Positions 33,840 through 42,780 of a DNA stretch of 64,000 bases are shown here, in pieces. Positions within the stretch are counted from its first letter, which is position 1. Each line of letters opens with the position of its first letter. Origin of the DNA: Candidatus Multivorans sp. (lineage in GTDB: Bacteria > Acidobacteriota > Thermoanaerobaculia > Multivoradales > Multivoraceae). The notes below the pieces were generated by a model that saw only the letters and a program-made list of their open reading frames with translations, ran no database searches and was not told where the DNA came from. The stretch spans positions 3,680,001-3,744,000 of the forward strand of contig OZ251997.1 in NCBI GenBank assembly GCA_965247095.1, read 5' to 3'. The translations under genes and the position numbers were made by a program.

Positions 33840-36491
33840 GTGATTGAGCGCGTCCTGGCCTGGTCGGCCTCCTTCGCCCGGCGCCGCCATCGAGCCGTGT
33901 TCGTGGTCGCGGCGGTGCTGGCGGTGCTCTGCGTGTCGTCGGCGATGACACTCCGCTTCGACACCGAGATCCTGAACCTGCTGCCGGAGGACGATCCGGT
34001 GGTCACGACCTTCCGGTCGACCATCGAGGACTTCGGCAGTCTCGACTACCTGCTGGTGCTGGTTCGCCTGCCGGAGGACCAGCCCCTCGACCCGTACCTG
34101 TCCTTCGTGGACGAGCTCGGATCGTCGATGGAAGCGCTTGAGGAGATCGACTACGTCGAGTACGACATCGGCGAGTTGGCGGAACTGTTCGAGGTGTTCT
34201 CCGAGCACGCCTTCGTCTACCTCGACGAGCGGGGTCGGGAGGAAGTGGCGCGCCGGTTGACCGACGACGGCCTCAAGCTCCAGGTCGCCGAGCTGCGCCG
34301 GGGCTTGAGTTCCCCTCAGGCGCTGGTGCTGCGCGACCTGATGCTGCTGGACCCGTTGGACATTCACGAGGTTTTGGCGGAGCAGATCGAATTCACTCGC
34401 GGTGGCCTGAAGGTCGACTGGACTTCGGGCTACTTTCTCTCCAGGGACCGCTCGCGGGCGCTTATGATCGCGCGCCCCGCGCAGCCGGCTCAGGAGATCG
34501 AGTTCGGCCGCCGGTTGCTGGCGTCCATCGACGAGTTGACGGCGGATCTGCTGGCTCGCTGGCCGGTGACCGCCGGCGAGGATGCGGACGGCGAGCCGTT
34601 GCCGGCGCCGGAGGTGGCTTTCGGCGGCACGTACGTGACGGCCGTCTCGGATGCGGGCACGATCGTCAGCGGACTGGTCTCGAATGTGGCGACCTCCCTG
34701 GTCGGCGTGCTGCTCCTGTTCGCCCTGGCGTTCAGGCGCGTCGGCCTGATCGTCTATGCCTTCGTGCCACTCGCCTTCGGGCTGGTGCTGGCCTTCGGTT
34801 TCGCCGGCGCCGTGCTCGGTGAGCTGAATGCCCTGACCAGCGGCTTCGCGGCCCTGCTGGTCGGCCTGGGGATCGACTTCGTGATCGTGTCCTACGGACG
34901 CTACGTCGAGGAACGGCGCCGCGGGGCCGACCTCGAGGCGGCCCTGGTGGCGATGAGCGGCTCCTCGGGCCGCGCGGTCTGGACCGGCGCCATCACCACC
35001 GCGGCGACCTTCTACGCGTTCATGGTGACCGACTTCGTGGGGCTGCGGCAGATGGGGCTCCTGACCGGCACCGGCATCCTCTTCTGCATGGTTTCGGTGC
35101 TCGTGCTGCTGCCGGCGATGCTGGCCTGGCGGGAGGACCACCGCCGGACGGGGGGACGGATGCCGAGACTCGTGCTGCACGGTCTCGGCGCCCGCCGGCT
35201 GGTCCGCTGGAGCTTCGAACGGCCGGTTCTGGTGATCTGCGCCTGTGCCGTGGTCACCGCGGCCACCGGCGCCCTTGCCCCGCGCCTGGAGTTCGAGGAC
35301 GCGATCAGGCAGTTGCGCCCCCAGGGGAACCCGGGCGTCGAGGTCCAGGATGAGGTCGCCGAGTACTTCGGATCGGGACTGAACTACACGATGATCGTGC
35401 TCTCGGGCGCCACCGAGGATGAAGTCCTGGAACTCTCCATCCGGGCCGAGGAGGGAGCTCGCGAACTGGTGAACAGCGGAGTACTCACCGGGACGGACGG
35501 GATCGGCAGCCTGGTTCCCTCGCCGGCCGGCCAGGCCGCGGGACACGACTGGCTCGCTCGTCACCGGGAGCTGCTAGCCAGGGAGCGCCTGCACGAGCTG
35601 TTCGAGCGCTATGCAACCGAGGAGGGCCTGCGCGCGGCGCCTTTCCGCCGGGGTATCGATCTGCTCGCCGACGCCGGGGCCAACCGCGAGCCGGTGACAG
35701 TGGCAACGCTGCGCGAATCGCCCCAGATCGAACGAATGCTGGAACGCTACATGAGCCGGAACGAGGGCGAGGCCAAGTTGGTCGTCTACCTGTACCCGCC
35801 GCCGGGCATGTGGCGCCGGAGTGCGCCGCCGGGGGCGTTTGAACTCGCGGAGCGGTTGGGCCCGCAGGCCCAGGTCACCGGCGTGAACGTGGTCGGCGAA
35901 CGGCTGCGGAACGGCATTCGCGTCGATGCGGTGACGGCTTCGATCATCGGCTTCATTCTGGTTGCCCTGCTCCTGTTCCTGGACTACCGCTGGCTGGCCA
36001 GCACTCTGCTGTCCCTGCTGCCCCTGTGCATCGGTGTGGTCTGGATGCTCGGGATCATGGTCCTGATCGGCCTCGACATGAACTTCTTCAACGTGTTCGT
36101 CGTTACCATGATCATCGGCATCGGCGTCGACTACGGGGTGCACATGGTCCATCGCTGGCGCGAGATCGGCTTCGGACCCGACGCGCTGGAGGGCGATCGT
36201 CTGGTCGCGGCCCTGGGCGAGACCGGCAAGGCGATCGTGCTCGCCGCCATCTCGACCAGCGTCGGCTTCGGATCGCTCGCCCTGTCGCACTACCCGGGCC
36301 TGCGCTCGATGGGCATCGTCGCCATCCTCGGCGCCGTGGCCACCGCCCTGGTCTCGATCACGCTGCTGCCGGCCCTCGTCGCGCTCGGCCGCCTGCGCGC
36401 GGCGAGAGAAGGCGCTCCTGGGAACGCGGGCATCCTGCCCGCATCCGGCGCGAAGCGCCGGTCCGGCGACGCTGGGGCTGGGCTCGGCTGA
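33840..36491 (+). CDS. MMPL/RND-family (HpnN-like) lipid exporter
   Basis: Two repeats of TM1-periplasmic-TM2-6; GLGIDF and GIGVDY motifs. Confidence 0.9.
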   Translation: MIERVLAWSASFARRRHRAVFVVAAVLAVLCVSSAMTLRFDTEILNLLPEDDPVVTTFRSTIEDFGSLDYLLVLVRLPEDQPLDPYLSFVDELGSSMEALEEIDYVEYDIGELAELFEVFSEHAFVYLDERGREEVARRLTDDGLKLQVAELRRGLSSPQALVLRDLMLLDPLDIHEVLAEQIEFTRGGLKVDWTSGYFLSRDRSRALMIARPAQPAQEIEFGRRLLASIDELTADLLARWPVTAGEDADGEPLPAPEVAFGGTYVTAVSDAGTIVSGLVSNVATSLVGVLLLFALAFRRVGLIVYAFVPLAFGLVLAFGFAGAVLGELNALTSGFAALLVGLGIDFVIVSYGRYVEERRRGADLEAALVAMSGSSGRAVWTGAITTAATFYAFMVTDFVGLRQMGLLTGTGILFCMVSVLVLLPAMLAWREDHRRTGGRMPRLVLHGLGARRLVRWSFERPVLVICACAVVTAATGALAPRLEFEDAIRQLRPQGNPGVEVQDEVAEYFGSGLNYTMIVLSGATEDEVLELSIRAEEGARELVNSGVLTGTDGIGSLVPSPAGQAAGHDWLARHRELLARERLHELFERYATEEGLRAAPFRRGIDLLADAGANREPVTVATLRESPQIERMLERYMSRNEGEAKLVVYLYPPPGMWRRSAPPGAFELAERLGPQAQVTGVNVVGERLRNGIRVDAVTASIIGFILVALLLFLDYRWLASTLLSLLPLCIGVVWMLGIMVLIGLDMNFFNVFVVTMIIGIGVDYGVHMVHRWREIGFGPDALEGDRLVAALGETGKAIVLAAISTSVGFGSLALSHYPGLRSMGIVAILGAVATALVSITLLPALVALGRLRAAREGAPGNAGILPASGAKRRSGDAGAGLG
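36420..36461. repeat. REP-like palindromic element inside the MMPL 3' end
   Basis: GGGAAC-GCGGGCA-TCC-TGCCCGC followed by CCGGCGC-GAA-GCGCCGG. Confidence 0.5.
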
Positions 36492-37804
36492 TGTTCGAGG
36501 GTCTTCAGGACAAGCTCCAGGGGGTCTTCCGTTCCCTGCGCTCGGAGGGCCGCATCTCGCAGGACGACGTGCGGCGGGCGGTGCGCCAGATTCGCCTCGC
36601 TCTGCTGGAGGCGGATGTCCACGTTCGGGTCGTCCGCTCCTTCGTCGGGCGCGTGCAGGAGCAGGCGCTGGGCGATGACGTGCTGAGCAGTTTGACCCCC
36701 GATCAGCACATGGTCCGTATCGTGCGCGACGAGCTGGTCGCCGTGCTCGGGGAGCCGGGGCAGGAGCTCCAGCTCGAGGGCCGTCCGGCGGTGGTCGTGC
36801 TCTGCGGCCTCCAGGGCTCCGGCAAGACGACCACCGCGGGCAAGCTGGCGCTGCGGCTGCGCGGCCAGGGCCGGAGACCCGTGCTGGCAGCCGCGGACCT
36901 CAGGCGGGCGGCCGCGGTGGAGCAGCTCAAGCAGGTCGGCGCCGCGGCGGACACGGCGGTGCTGGCGCCGCGGGCGGGCGAGGAGTTGCAGGCGTTCGCC
37001 GGTCGGGCTGTTGAGGCGGCGCTAGACGGGGGCTTCGACACGCTGATCTTCGACACCGCCGGCAGGCTCCACGTCGATGCCGAGTCGATGGCGGAACTCC
37101 GGGAGCTGGTGGACCGGGTCCGCCCGTGCGAGACGCTGTTCGTCTGCGACGCGATGACCGGCCAGGACGCGGTCAAGAGCGCCGCCGCCTTCGCCGAGGG
37201 AGCGCCGCTCACCGGCGCGGTGATGACCAAGCTCGACGGCGACGCCCGTGGCGGCGCCGCGCTGTCTCTGCGGGGAGTCACCGAGGTCCCGCTTCGCTTC
37301 GTCGGCGTGGGCGAGAAGCTCGAGGAACTCGAGACCTTCGCACCGGATCGGATCGCGTCCCGCATCCTCGGCATGGGCGACGTGCTGTCCCTGATCGAGA
37401 AGGCCGAGCGCGTCACAGGCCGCCAGGAAACCGAGCGCCTCGCGGAGCGCATCGCCCGGCAGGAGTTCACACTCGAGGACCTGCGCGACCAGTTGCGCCA
37501 GTTGCGCCGCATGGGACCGCTGTCCCAGCTCCTCGAGCTGCTGCCGGGGCAGTTCCGCGGCGCGAACGTGGCCGACGCCGTCGACGAGAGCCGGCTGGTG
37601 GGGGTCACCGCCCTGATCGATTCGATGACGCCGCGCGAACGGCGGAACCCGGCGATCCTGAATGCCAGCCGGCGTCGCCGCATCGCCCGCGGCGCCGGCC
37701 GCACGGTCCAGGAACTGAACCAGTTGATCAAGCAGTACCGCCAGATGCGCAAGCTGATGAAGCGCACCCGGGGCAAGTGGATGAAGGGCATCCGGGGGAT
37801 GTAG
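36491..37804 (+). CDS. ffh: Signal recognition particle protein
   Basis: ALLEADV, GLQGSGKTT, DTAGRL, TKLDGDARGGAA, SRILGMGD, Met-rich M domain; TGATG coupling with MMPL. Confidence 0.97.
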   Translation: MFEGLQDKLQGVFRSLRSEGRISQDDVRRAVRQIRLALLEADVHVRVVRSFVGRVQEQALGDDVLSSLTPDQHMVRIVRDELVAVLGEPGQELQLEGRPAVVVLCGLQGSGKTTTAGKLALRLRGQGRRPVLAAADLRRAAAVEQLKQVGAAADTAVLAPRAGEELQAFAGRAVEAALDGGFDTLIFDTAGRLHVDAESMAELRELVDRVRPCETLFVCDAMTGQDAVKSAAAFAEGAPLTGAVMTKLDGDARGGAALSLRGVTEVPLRFVGVGEKLEELETFAPDRIASRILGMGDVLSLIEKAERVTGRQETERLAERIARQEFTLEDLRDQLRQLRRMGPLSQLLELLPGQFRGANVADAVDESRLVGVTALIDSMTPRERRNPAILNASRRRRIARGAGRTVQELNQLIKQYRQMRKLMKRTRGKWMKGIRGM

Positions 37805-37988
37805 AGGCGCTGCCGGCTTCGCTTCCCTTCAGTCACGGTCGCTGCCGGGATCGGGAGTAGAGTTGACCGTTGGCTTTCGGGCGTGGTACTCCCGCGCGCC
37901 CCAAACTTGGTCTGCGTCCAGAGGAAGGGACCTGGCGATGGATAGGACCGAACACCTGATCAGCCGTTGGCGCGAAGAGGGGATCGAG

Positions 37989-38453
37989 ATGGTCTACCCT
38001 CTCCTGTTCCGATTCCGTACGTCGGTTCTCGGTGAAGGCTGGGTTGCGGGTGTCGAACTGCACGGCGGCGCTGTCGTGACGAAGGAAGCGAGCGGCGAGT
38101 ACATCGCGCACGGTCTGAAGCCTGGTGGCGTTGCAGGCGTCGGGTCGACCCTGATCGAGGCCTACCAGAGCTACAAGGAGGACGTGCAGGTCATCCTCTA
38201 CGACATGGCCGGCAGCGAGCCGTTTGACGCCTTCCGGGACAAAGTTCTTCGGTTCTTCGACAGCGCCGATGCCTGGGGAGAGGCGAAGTTCGAGGAAGGT
38301 CGGCAGATGGTTGTGGCCGGCAGGGTCGAAAGCTCACTCTCCTTGGAGCCGAATCCGGAACACCGCGCCAGCGTCGTCGAGTTGGAGCTTCGCTCGAAGA
38401 ACAATCCCGTCTTGCCCGCGGGAGAGAATCTACCGGTCCAACTTGCCGCCTGA
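37989..38453 (+). CDS. Hypothetical protein with HicB-like N-terminal fold (alternative start 37938)
   Basis: YIAHGLKPGGVAGVGSTLIEAY resembles the HicB P..G....G.T.EEA motif; inserted between ffh and rpsP. Confidence 0.6.
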   Translation: MVYPLLFRFRTSVLGEGWVAGVELHGGAVVTKEASGEYIAHGLKPGGVAGVGSTLIEAYQSYKEDVQVILYDMAGSEPFDAFRDKVLRFFDSADAWGEAKFEEGRQMVVAGRVESSLSLEPNPEHRASVVELELRSKNNPVLPAGENLPVQLAA

Positions 38454-38461
38454 AGAGATCG

Positions 38462-38567
38462 GTGCCTCAGGCCCCGCTCAACAAGGTGTTCAGGATGCTG
38501 GACGAGTGTGCCCCGACGATTCGTGATCATGGACTGCGCCCGGCGAGTTCTGGCGCAGCTGCGATAA
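38462..38567 (+). pseudogene. Probable internally deleted small partner (toxin-like) gene
   Basis: GTG-PQAPLNKVFRMLDECAP in one frame, joined to IMDCARRVLAQLR-stop in another frame. Confidence 0.4.
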
Positions 38568-38693
38568 CGGGTCACGCGCGCGACCCAACACCCTGCTAGA
38601 CTGCGCGGCTCGGTCGTCGCCCGGGCTGGGCTGGCCGTAGCCGTGCTCCTGGACTGTAGGTCCGGCGACGAACAACTCTGGAAGAGAAGAAAC

Positions 38694-38942
38694 ATGGTGA
38701 AGATAAGACTCCGGCGCATGGGTTCGCGCCACAGACCCTTCTACCGCGTCGTCGTGTCCGACAGCCGGAAGGTCCCCTCGTCGAGGGTGATTGAGGAGCT
38801 CGGGCACTACGATCCGTGCAAGGACCCGGTGGTCATCCGGCTCAAGACGGACCGCATTGACCATTGGGTCTCGCGGGGAGCGCAGGTCACGGACACCGTT
38901 CGGGGTCTGGTGCGCCGGGCGGCCGCCACGGCGGAATCCTAG
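38694..38942 (+). CDS. rpsP: 30S ribosomal protein S16
   Basis: MVKIRLRRMG..HRPFYRVVV.DSR, IEELGHYDP, GAQVTDTV. Confidence 0.97.
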   Translation: MVKIRLRRMGSRHRPFYRVVVSDSRKVPSSRVIEELGHYDPCKDPVVIRLKTDRIDHWVSRGAQVTDTVRGLVRRAAATAES

Positions 38943-38945
38943 GGC

Positions 38946-39191
38946 GTGTCAGAGGTCGCCGATCAGCTCGCCGGCGTCATTCGGTCGATCGTCGATCGGC
39001 CCGAGGCGGTTCGGGTCGAGGAGATCGAGGAAGAGGACGCGATCGTGCTGCAGGTGGAGGTCGCGCCGGAGGAACTCGGGCGGGTGATCGGCCGCCAGGG
39101 ACGCAGCGTCAGGTCGCTGCGCGCGCTGCTCGAGGTGCGCGGGGCCGAGACCGGCGAGTACTACGAAGTCGAGATCGTCGAACCGGATTAG
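38946..39191 (+). CDS. khpA: KH-domain RNA-binding protein
   Basis: IVDRPEAV, LGRVIGRQG; between rpsP and rimM. Confidence 0.92.
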   Translation: MSEVADQLAGVIRSIVDRPEAVRVEEIEEEDAIVLQVEVAPEELGRVIGRQGRSVRSLRALLEVRGAETGEYYEVEIVEPD

Positions 39192-39219
39192 TGGAGCCAG
39201 CGCCGATCCGGGGCCGGAG

Positions 39220-39798
39220 GTGAGGATGGATCAGGCGCCGCAATCGGTCCGTAGCGACGACACGGAGATGATCGCCGTCGGCTCTGTCCTGCGGGCTCAC
39301 GGCCTGCGCGGCGAAGTGCTGGTCTTGTCCGACAGCCAGAACCCGGCCCGGTTCGTGAGTGGTTCGGAACTCTTCGTGCGTGACGGGCCCCGCCTGCGCC
39401 GGCTGGAGGTTGCGTCGAGCCGGCCGCATCGGGGTCGCGAACTGGTTCAGTTCGTGGACGTGACGGACCGCGACGGGGCGGACGCGCTTCGTGGCGCTCT
39501 GCTTGAGGTTCCCGAGGAGAGTGTGCCGGTGGCGGAAGAGGGCACGTTCTACTACTTCGAACTGATCGGTTGCCGGGTTGTGGACAGGGAACTGGGCGAT
39601 CTGGGCGAGGTCACCGAGGTCGTCGAGGACGGCGGCGGTGTGCTGCTTTCGGTGGCGCGGCCGGCCGATGGCGGCGGCGGCCGCTCGGTGCTGATCCCAT
39701 TCGCCAACCGACTGCTGCCGGAGATCAACGTCGAGGAGCGCCTGATCCGGAGCGACCTGCCCGAGGGCCTGCTGGAAACATGCGGATCGACGTCATAA
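39220..39798 (+). CDS. rimM: Ribosome maturation factor RimM
   Basis: AHGLRGEV, FYYFELIG, LIPF, PEGLL. Confidence 0.93.
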   Translation: MRMDQAPQSVRSDDTEMIAVGSVLRAHGLRGEVLVLSDSQNPARFVSGSELFVRDGPRLRRLEVASSRPHRGRELVQFVDVTDRDGADALRGALLEVPEESVPVAEEGTFYYFELIGCRVVDRELGDLGEVTEVVEDGGGVLLSVARPADGGGGRSVLIPFANRLLPEINVEERLIRSDLPEGLLETCGSTS

Positions 39799-40502
39799 CC
39801 ATCCTGCCGGGGGTCTTTGGGGAGTTCCTGGAGGCGAGCCTGATCGGTCGGGCGAGAGCCGCCGGCCTGCTCGACGTGCGCGTTCACGACCTGCGCGACT
39901 ACACCGACGATCCCCACCGGAGCGTCGATGACGAGCCCTACGGCGGCGGCGGCGGGATGGTGATGACGGCCCCGCCCTGGCTCAAGGCGGTGCGGGCCGT
40001 GGCCGGCGGCGATTCCCGCGCCCACCGCATCCTGCTCTCGCCGCAGGGAGAGCGTCTGGACGATGCGAAGGTCCAGAGTCTGGCGCACAAGAAGCGGCTG
40101 GTGCTCCTGTGCGGACGCTACGAGGCGGTCGACGAGAGGGTGCGCGCGCTGGTTGTCGACTCTGAGTTGTCGATCGGCGACTATGTGCTGTCGGGAGGCG
40201 AGGCGCCGGCGATGGTCGTCGTCGAGGCGATCTCGCGCCAGGTCCCCGGGGTCGTGGGGCGGCATTCCTCGGTCGTGAACGAGAGCTTCCGCTCCGGCCT
40301 CCTCGACTACCCGCACTACACCCGCCCGCCGATCGTGGAGGGCATCGAGGTGCCGGAAGTGCTGCGATCGGGCGACCATGGCCGCATCGACGCGTGGCGC
40401 CGGGAGCAGGCGCTGGAGGCCACGCGCCGGAAGCGGCCGGACCTGCTGGGCAAGGAAGCCTCCGCGCCAGAGGTTGCGCCCAGGGCGCCGAACAGGCGAT
40501 AA
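39780..40502 (+). CDS. trmD: tRNA (guanine37-N1)-methyltransferase
   Basis: VDDEPYGGGGGMV, LSPQG, CGRYE, SIGDYVLSGGE, PHYTRP. Confidence 0.96.
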   Translation: MRIDVITILPGVFGEFLEASLIGRARAAGLLDVRVHDLRDYTDDPHRSVDDEPYGGGGGMVMTAPPWLKAVRAVAGGDSRAHRILLSPQGERLDDAKVQSLAHKKRLVLLCGRYEAVDERVRALVVDSELSIGDYVLSGGEAPAMVVVEAISRQVPGVVGRHSSVVNESFRSGLLDYPHYTRPPIVEGIEVPEVLRSGDHGRIDAWRREQALEATRRKRPDLLGKEASAPEVAPRAPNRR

Positions 40503-40634
40503 TCCGCATCTTGCCGCTTCGCGGTGCGCGGGCTGGATGTCAATCCGCCGGTTTCGCACGAGGGGCGCGAAGCCGATCAGCAGATAACGAAGCCGCAGGG
40601 TCAGAACTTGCGGCCCAGGCACAGGTGACATGCA

Positions 40635-40982
40635 ATGCACGATCTACAGCAGGTGGAGCAGGAGTACGTGCAGCAGGGCCTGCCCGAGTTTCGGGCAGGT
40701 GACACGATCAAGGTTCACGTCCGGGTCAGAGAGGGCGCCAAGGAGCGGATCCAGATCTTCCAGGGTATGGTGATCGCCCGCCGCGGCAGCGGCACCCGGG
40801 AGACCTTCACCGTGCGCAAGGTCTCGGGAGGCATCGGCGTCGAGCGAATCTTCCCGCTTCATTCGCCGGTGATCGGCCAGATCGAGGTCGTGCGCCGGGG
40901 CAAGGTGCGCCGCGCCAAGCTCTACTACCTGCGGAAACTGCGCGGCCGCGCCGCCCGTATCGAGGAGCTCCGCAAGCGCTGA
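40635..40982 (+). CDS. rplS: 50S ribosomal protein L19
   Basis: [40 protein letters not shown]. Confidence 0.98.
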   Translation: MHDLQQVEQEYVQQGLPEFRAGDTIKVHVRVREGAKERIQIFQGMVIARRGSGTRETFTVRKVSGGIGVERIFPLHSPVIGQIEVVRRGKVRRAKLYYLRKLRGRAARIEELRKR

Positions 40983-41023
40983 CCGTCATCGGCCTGATCG
41001 CCGAGACGTACCGCCTGCGCCTG

Positions 41024-41632
41024 ATGCGCGGGCTCGAGCAGCAGTTCGCGACGGCCGGCTACGGGCTGGTCGCCGGCGTCGACGAAGCGGGGCGGGGTTG
41101 TCTCGCCGGCCCGGTGGTTGCGGCGGCGGTCGTGGTTTCGCCGGACTGCCTGATTCCCGGCGTCGACGACAGCAAACGGCTGACCGCGCCGCGGCGGGAG
41201 CGGTTGGCCGAGGCGATCAAGCAGCGGGCGGCTGCGTGGTCGGTTGCGATGGGCGACGCCGCATTGATCGACCGCATCAACGTGCTCGAGGCCACCCGCT
41301 GGGCGATGAGGAGTGCGCTGCGGTCACTGACGGTTCGACCCGCCGTCGCCCTCGTCGATGCGGTGCGGCTCGATGCGGTGGACGTGTGCGGCGCCGAGGT
41401 GCCGACCCTGCCCCTGGTGCGTGCCGATTCCCTCAGTTTCGCCGTCGCCTGCGCGTCGATCATCGCCAAGACGCACCGGGACCGCCTGATGGCGGCGTAC
41501 GACCGGCAGTACCCGGGCTTCGGGTTCGCCAGCCACAAGGGGTACGCGTCGGAGCATCACCGCGCCGCGCTCAGGGAACTGGGGCCGACGCCGCTTCACC
41601 GTCTGACGTTCCGCTCCGTGCTGCCGACGTAA
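41024..41632 (+). CDS. rnhB: Ribonuclease HII (start may be CTG 40979)
   Basis: GVDEAGRG.LAGPV, DSKRL, ASIIAK, HKGY, HRLTF. Confidence 0.94.
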   Translation: MRGLEQQFATAGYGLVAGVDEAGRGCLAGPVVAAAVVVSPDCLIPGVDDSKRLTAPRRERLAEAIKQRAAAWSVAMGDAALIDRINVLEATRWAMRSALRSLTVRPAVALVDAVRLDAVDVCGAEVPTLPLVRADSLSFAVACASIIAKTHRDRLMAAYDRQYPGFGFASHKGYASEHHRAALRELGPTPLHRLTFRSVLPT

Positions 41633-41640
41633 GATGGGGC

Positions 41641-42744
41641 GTGCGCCGGAATCTCCTGCTGTTCGCGATCGTGGCCGGCATCGTCGCCTTGGCGGCGGCG
41701 GTCCTGTGGCTGGCGCCGAGGGCGCAGGAGGCGAGAGCATCGAAACTGGTCCGGGCCTGGGTCGGCGTGGAAGTCGGGGACGAAGGCGTGGCCAGGACGG
41801 GCACGGTCGAGATCTCTGCCGGCCAGGATTTCCGGTTGCACGCGGTGGTCGAGGTGCACCGCGGCGACGGAGACGGAGACGGTGAGGTCGCGTACTACAG
41901 CGCCACACCGCGGGTGGTGCTGGACGGCGGGCAGTTCGACGCTCTTCCCGTGGAGGAGCTCGGTGCTCTCGGCAGGGTCAGGCTGCTCTGGTTCACCGTC
42001 GAGTACGGCGTTCCCTTCCGGGAACTGGAGAACGGCGCGGATCTCGACGCGTTCCGCTACGAGCAGTTCTTTCGTCCCGAATGGGGCAGCGCCTGGTCGA
42101 TCGACGGCACGCTCGACGCCTACTTCGACGGCTGGCTGGAAGAGGACGGGCCGGACATCGAGCGGGACTTCGGCACCCTCCGGTACCAGGTCTGGGTCGA
42201 GGCCTCGGCGGACGAGGGGGCGCTGGTTCCAGACCAGCGCGTGAAGTCGGACGCGCTTCCCGGCGCGACCCGGGTTGTGGCGCGACTGCCCGCGGCCCTG
42301 GGTTCCCCGTCGTCGGTCTTCGGTCTGCCGGAGATCGAGCGCGGGGACGGCGACTGGGACCAGGCGGCGTTGACCCGCCTGCACCAACTTCACAGCGACG
42401 GACTCGCCTTCAGCCGGCTCACCGTGCTGCGCGATCTGCTCGATGCCGGCGGCGCCCGCTGGGAGGACCTGAACTGGCAACTTGCGTCGCTCGATGGCAG
42501 TCTCTCCTGGCGCGACCCCGGGGCGGGCTCGCCGGCGCCGGGCGACCTGGTCCGGGTCGCGGACCGCTGGGTGGTTCTGCTTGGCGACGAGGCCGGGGAA
42601 GGCGATGTGGGGATGCTGGACGGAACGGATCTCTGTCTGGACTTCGACGCGGGCGCAACGGTGCGGAGGCTCGACCAGATCTTCCTGCTCGGGGCCGAGG
42701 ACGAAGGGGACGTGCTGGTGGCGGCGCCGAGGCCGCTCGCCTGA
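41641..42744 (+). CDS. Hypothetical acidic exported or membrane-anchored protein (367 aa)
   Basis: GTG-RRNLLLFAIVAGIVALAAAVLW signal/anchor; typical codon usage; no family recognised. Confidence 0.75.
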   Translation: MRRNLLLFAIVAGIVALAAAVLWLAPRAQEARASKLVRAWVGVEVGDEGVARTGTVEISAGQDFRLHAVVEVHRGDGDGDGEVAYYSATPRVVLDGGQFDALPVEELGALGRVRLLWFTVEYGVPFRELENGADLDAFRYEQFFRPEWGSAWSIDGTLDAYFDGWLEEDGPDIERDFGTLRYQVWVEASADEGALVPDQRVKSDALPGATRVVARLPAALGSPSSVFGLPEIERGDGDWDQAALTRLHQLHSDGLAFSRLTVLRDLLDAGGARWEDLNWQLASLDGSLSWRDPGAGSPAPGDLVRVADRWVVLLGDEAGEGDVGMLDGTDLCLDFDAGATVRRLDQIFLLGAEDEGDVLVAAPRPLA

Positions 42745-42780
42745 ACGGCGGCCGGCCCGCGGGGGAGCGGGGTTGCGGTC

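Noticed and set aside
37805-40634. SRP RNA, tRNA or other ncRNA in the spacers around ffh, rpsP and rplS
   Set aside because: No SRP helix-8 motif, tRNA cloverleaf or T-loop recognised
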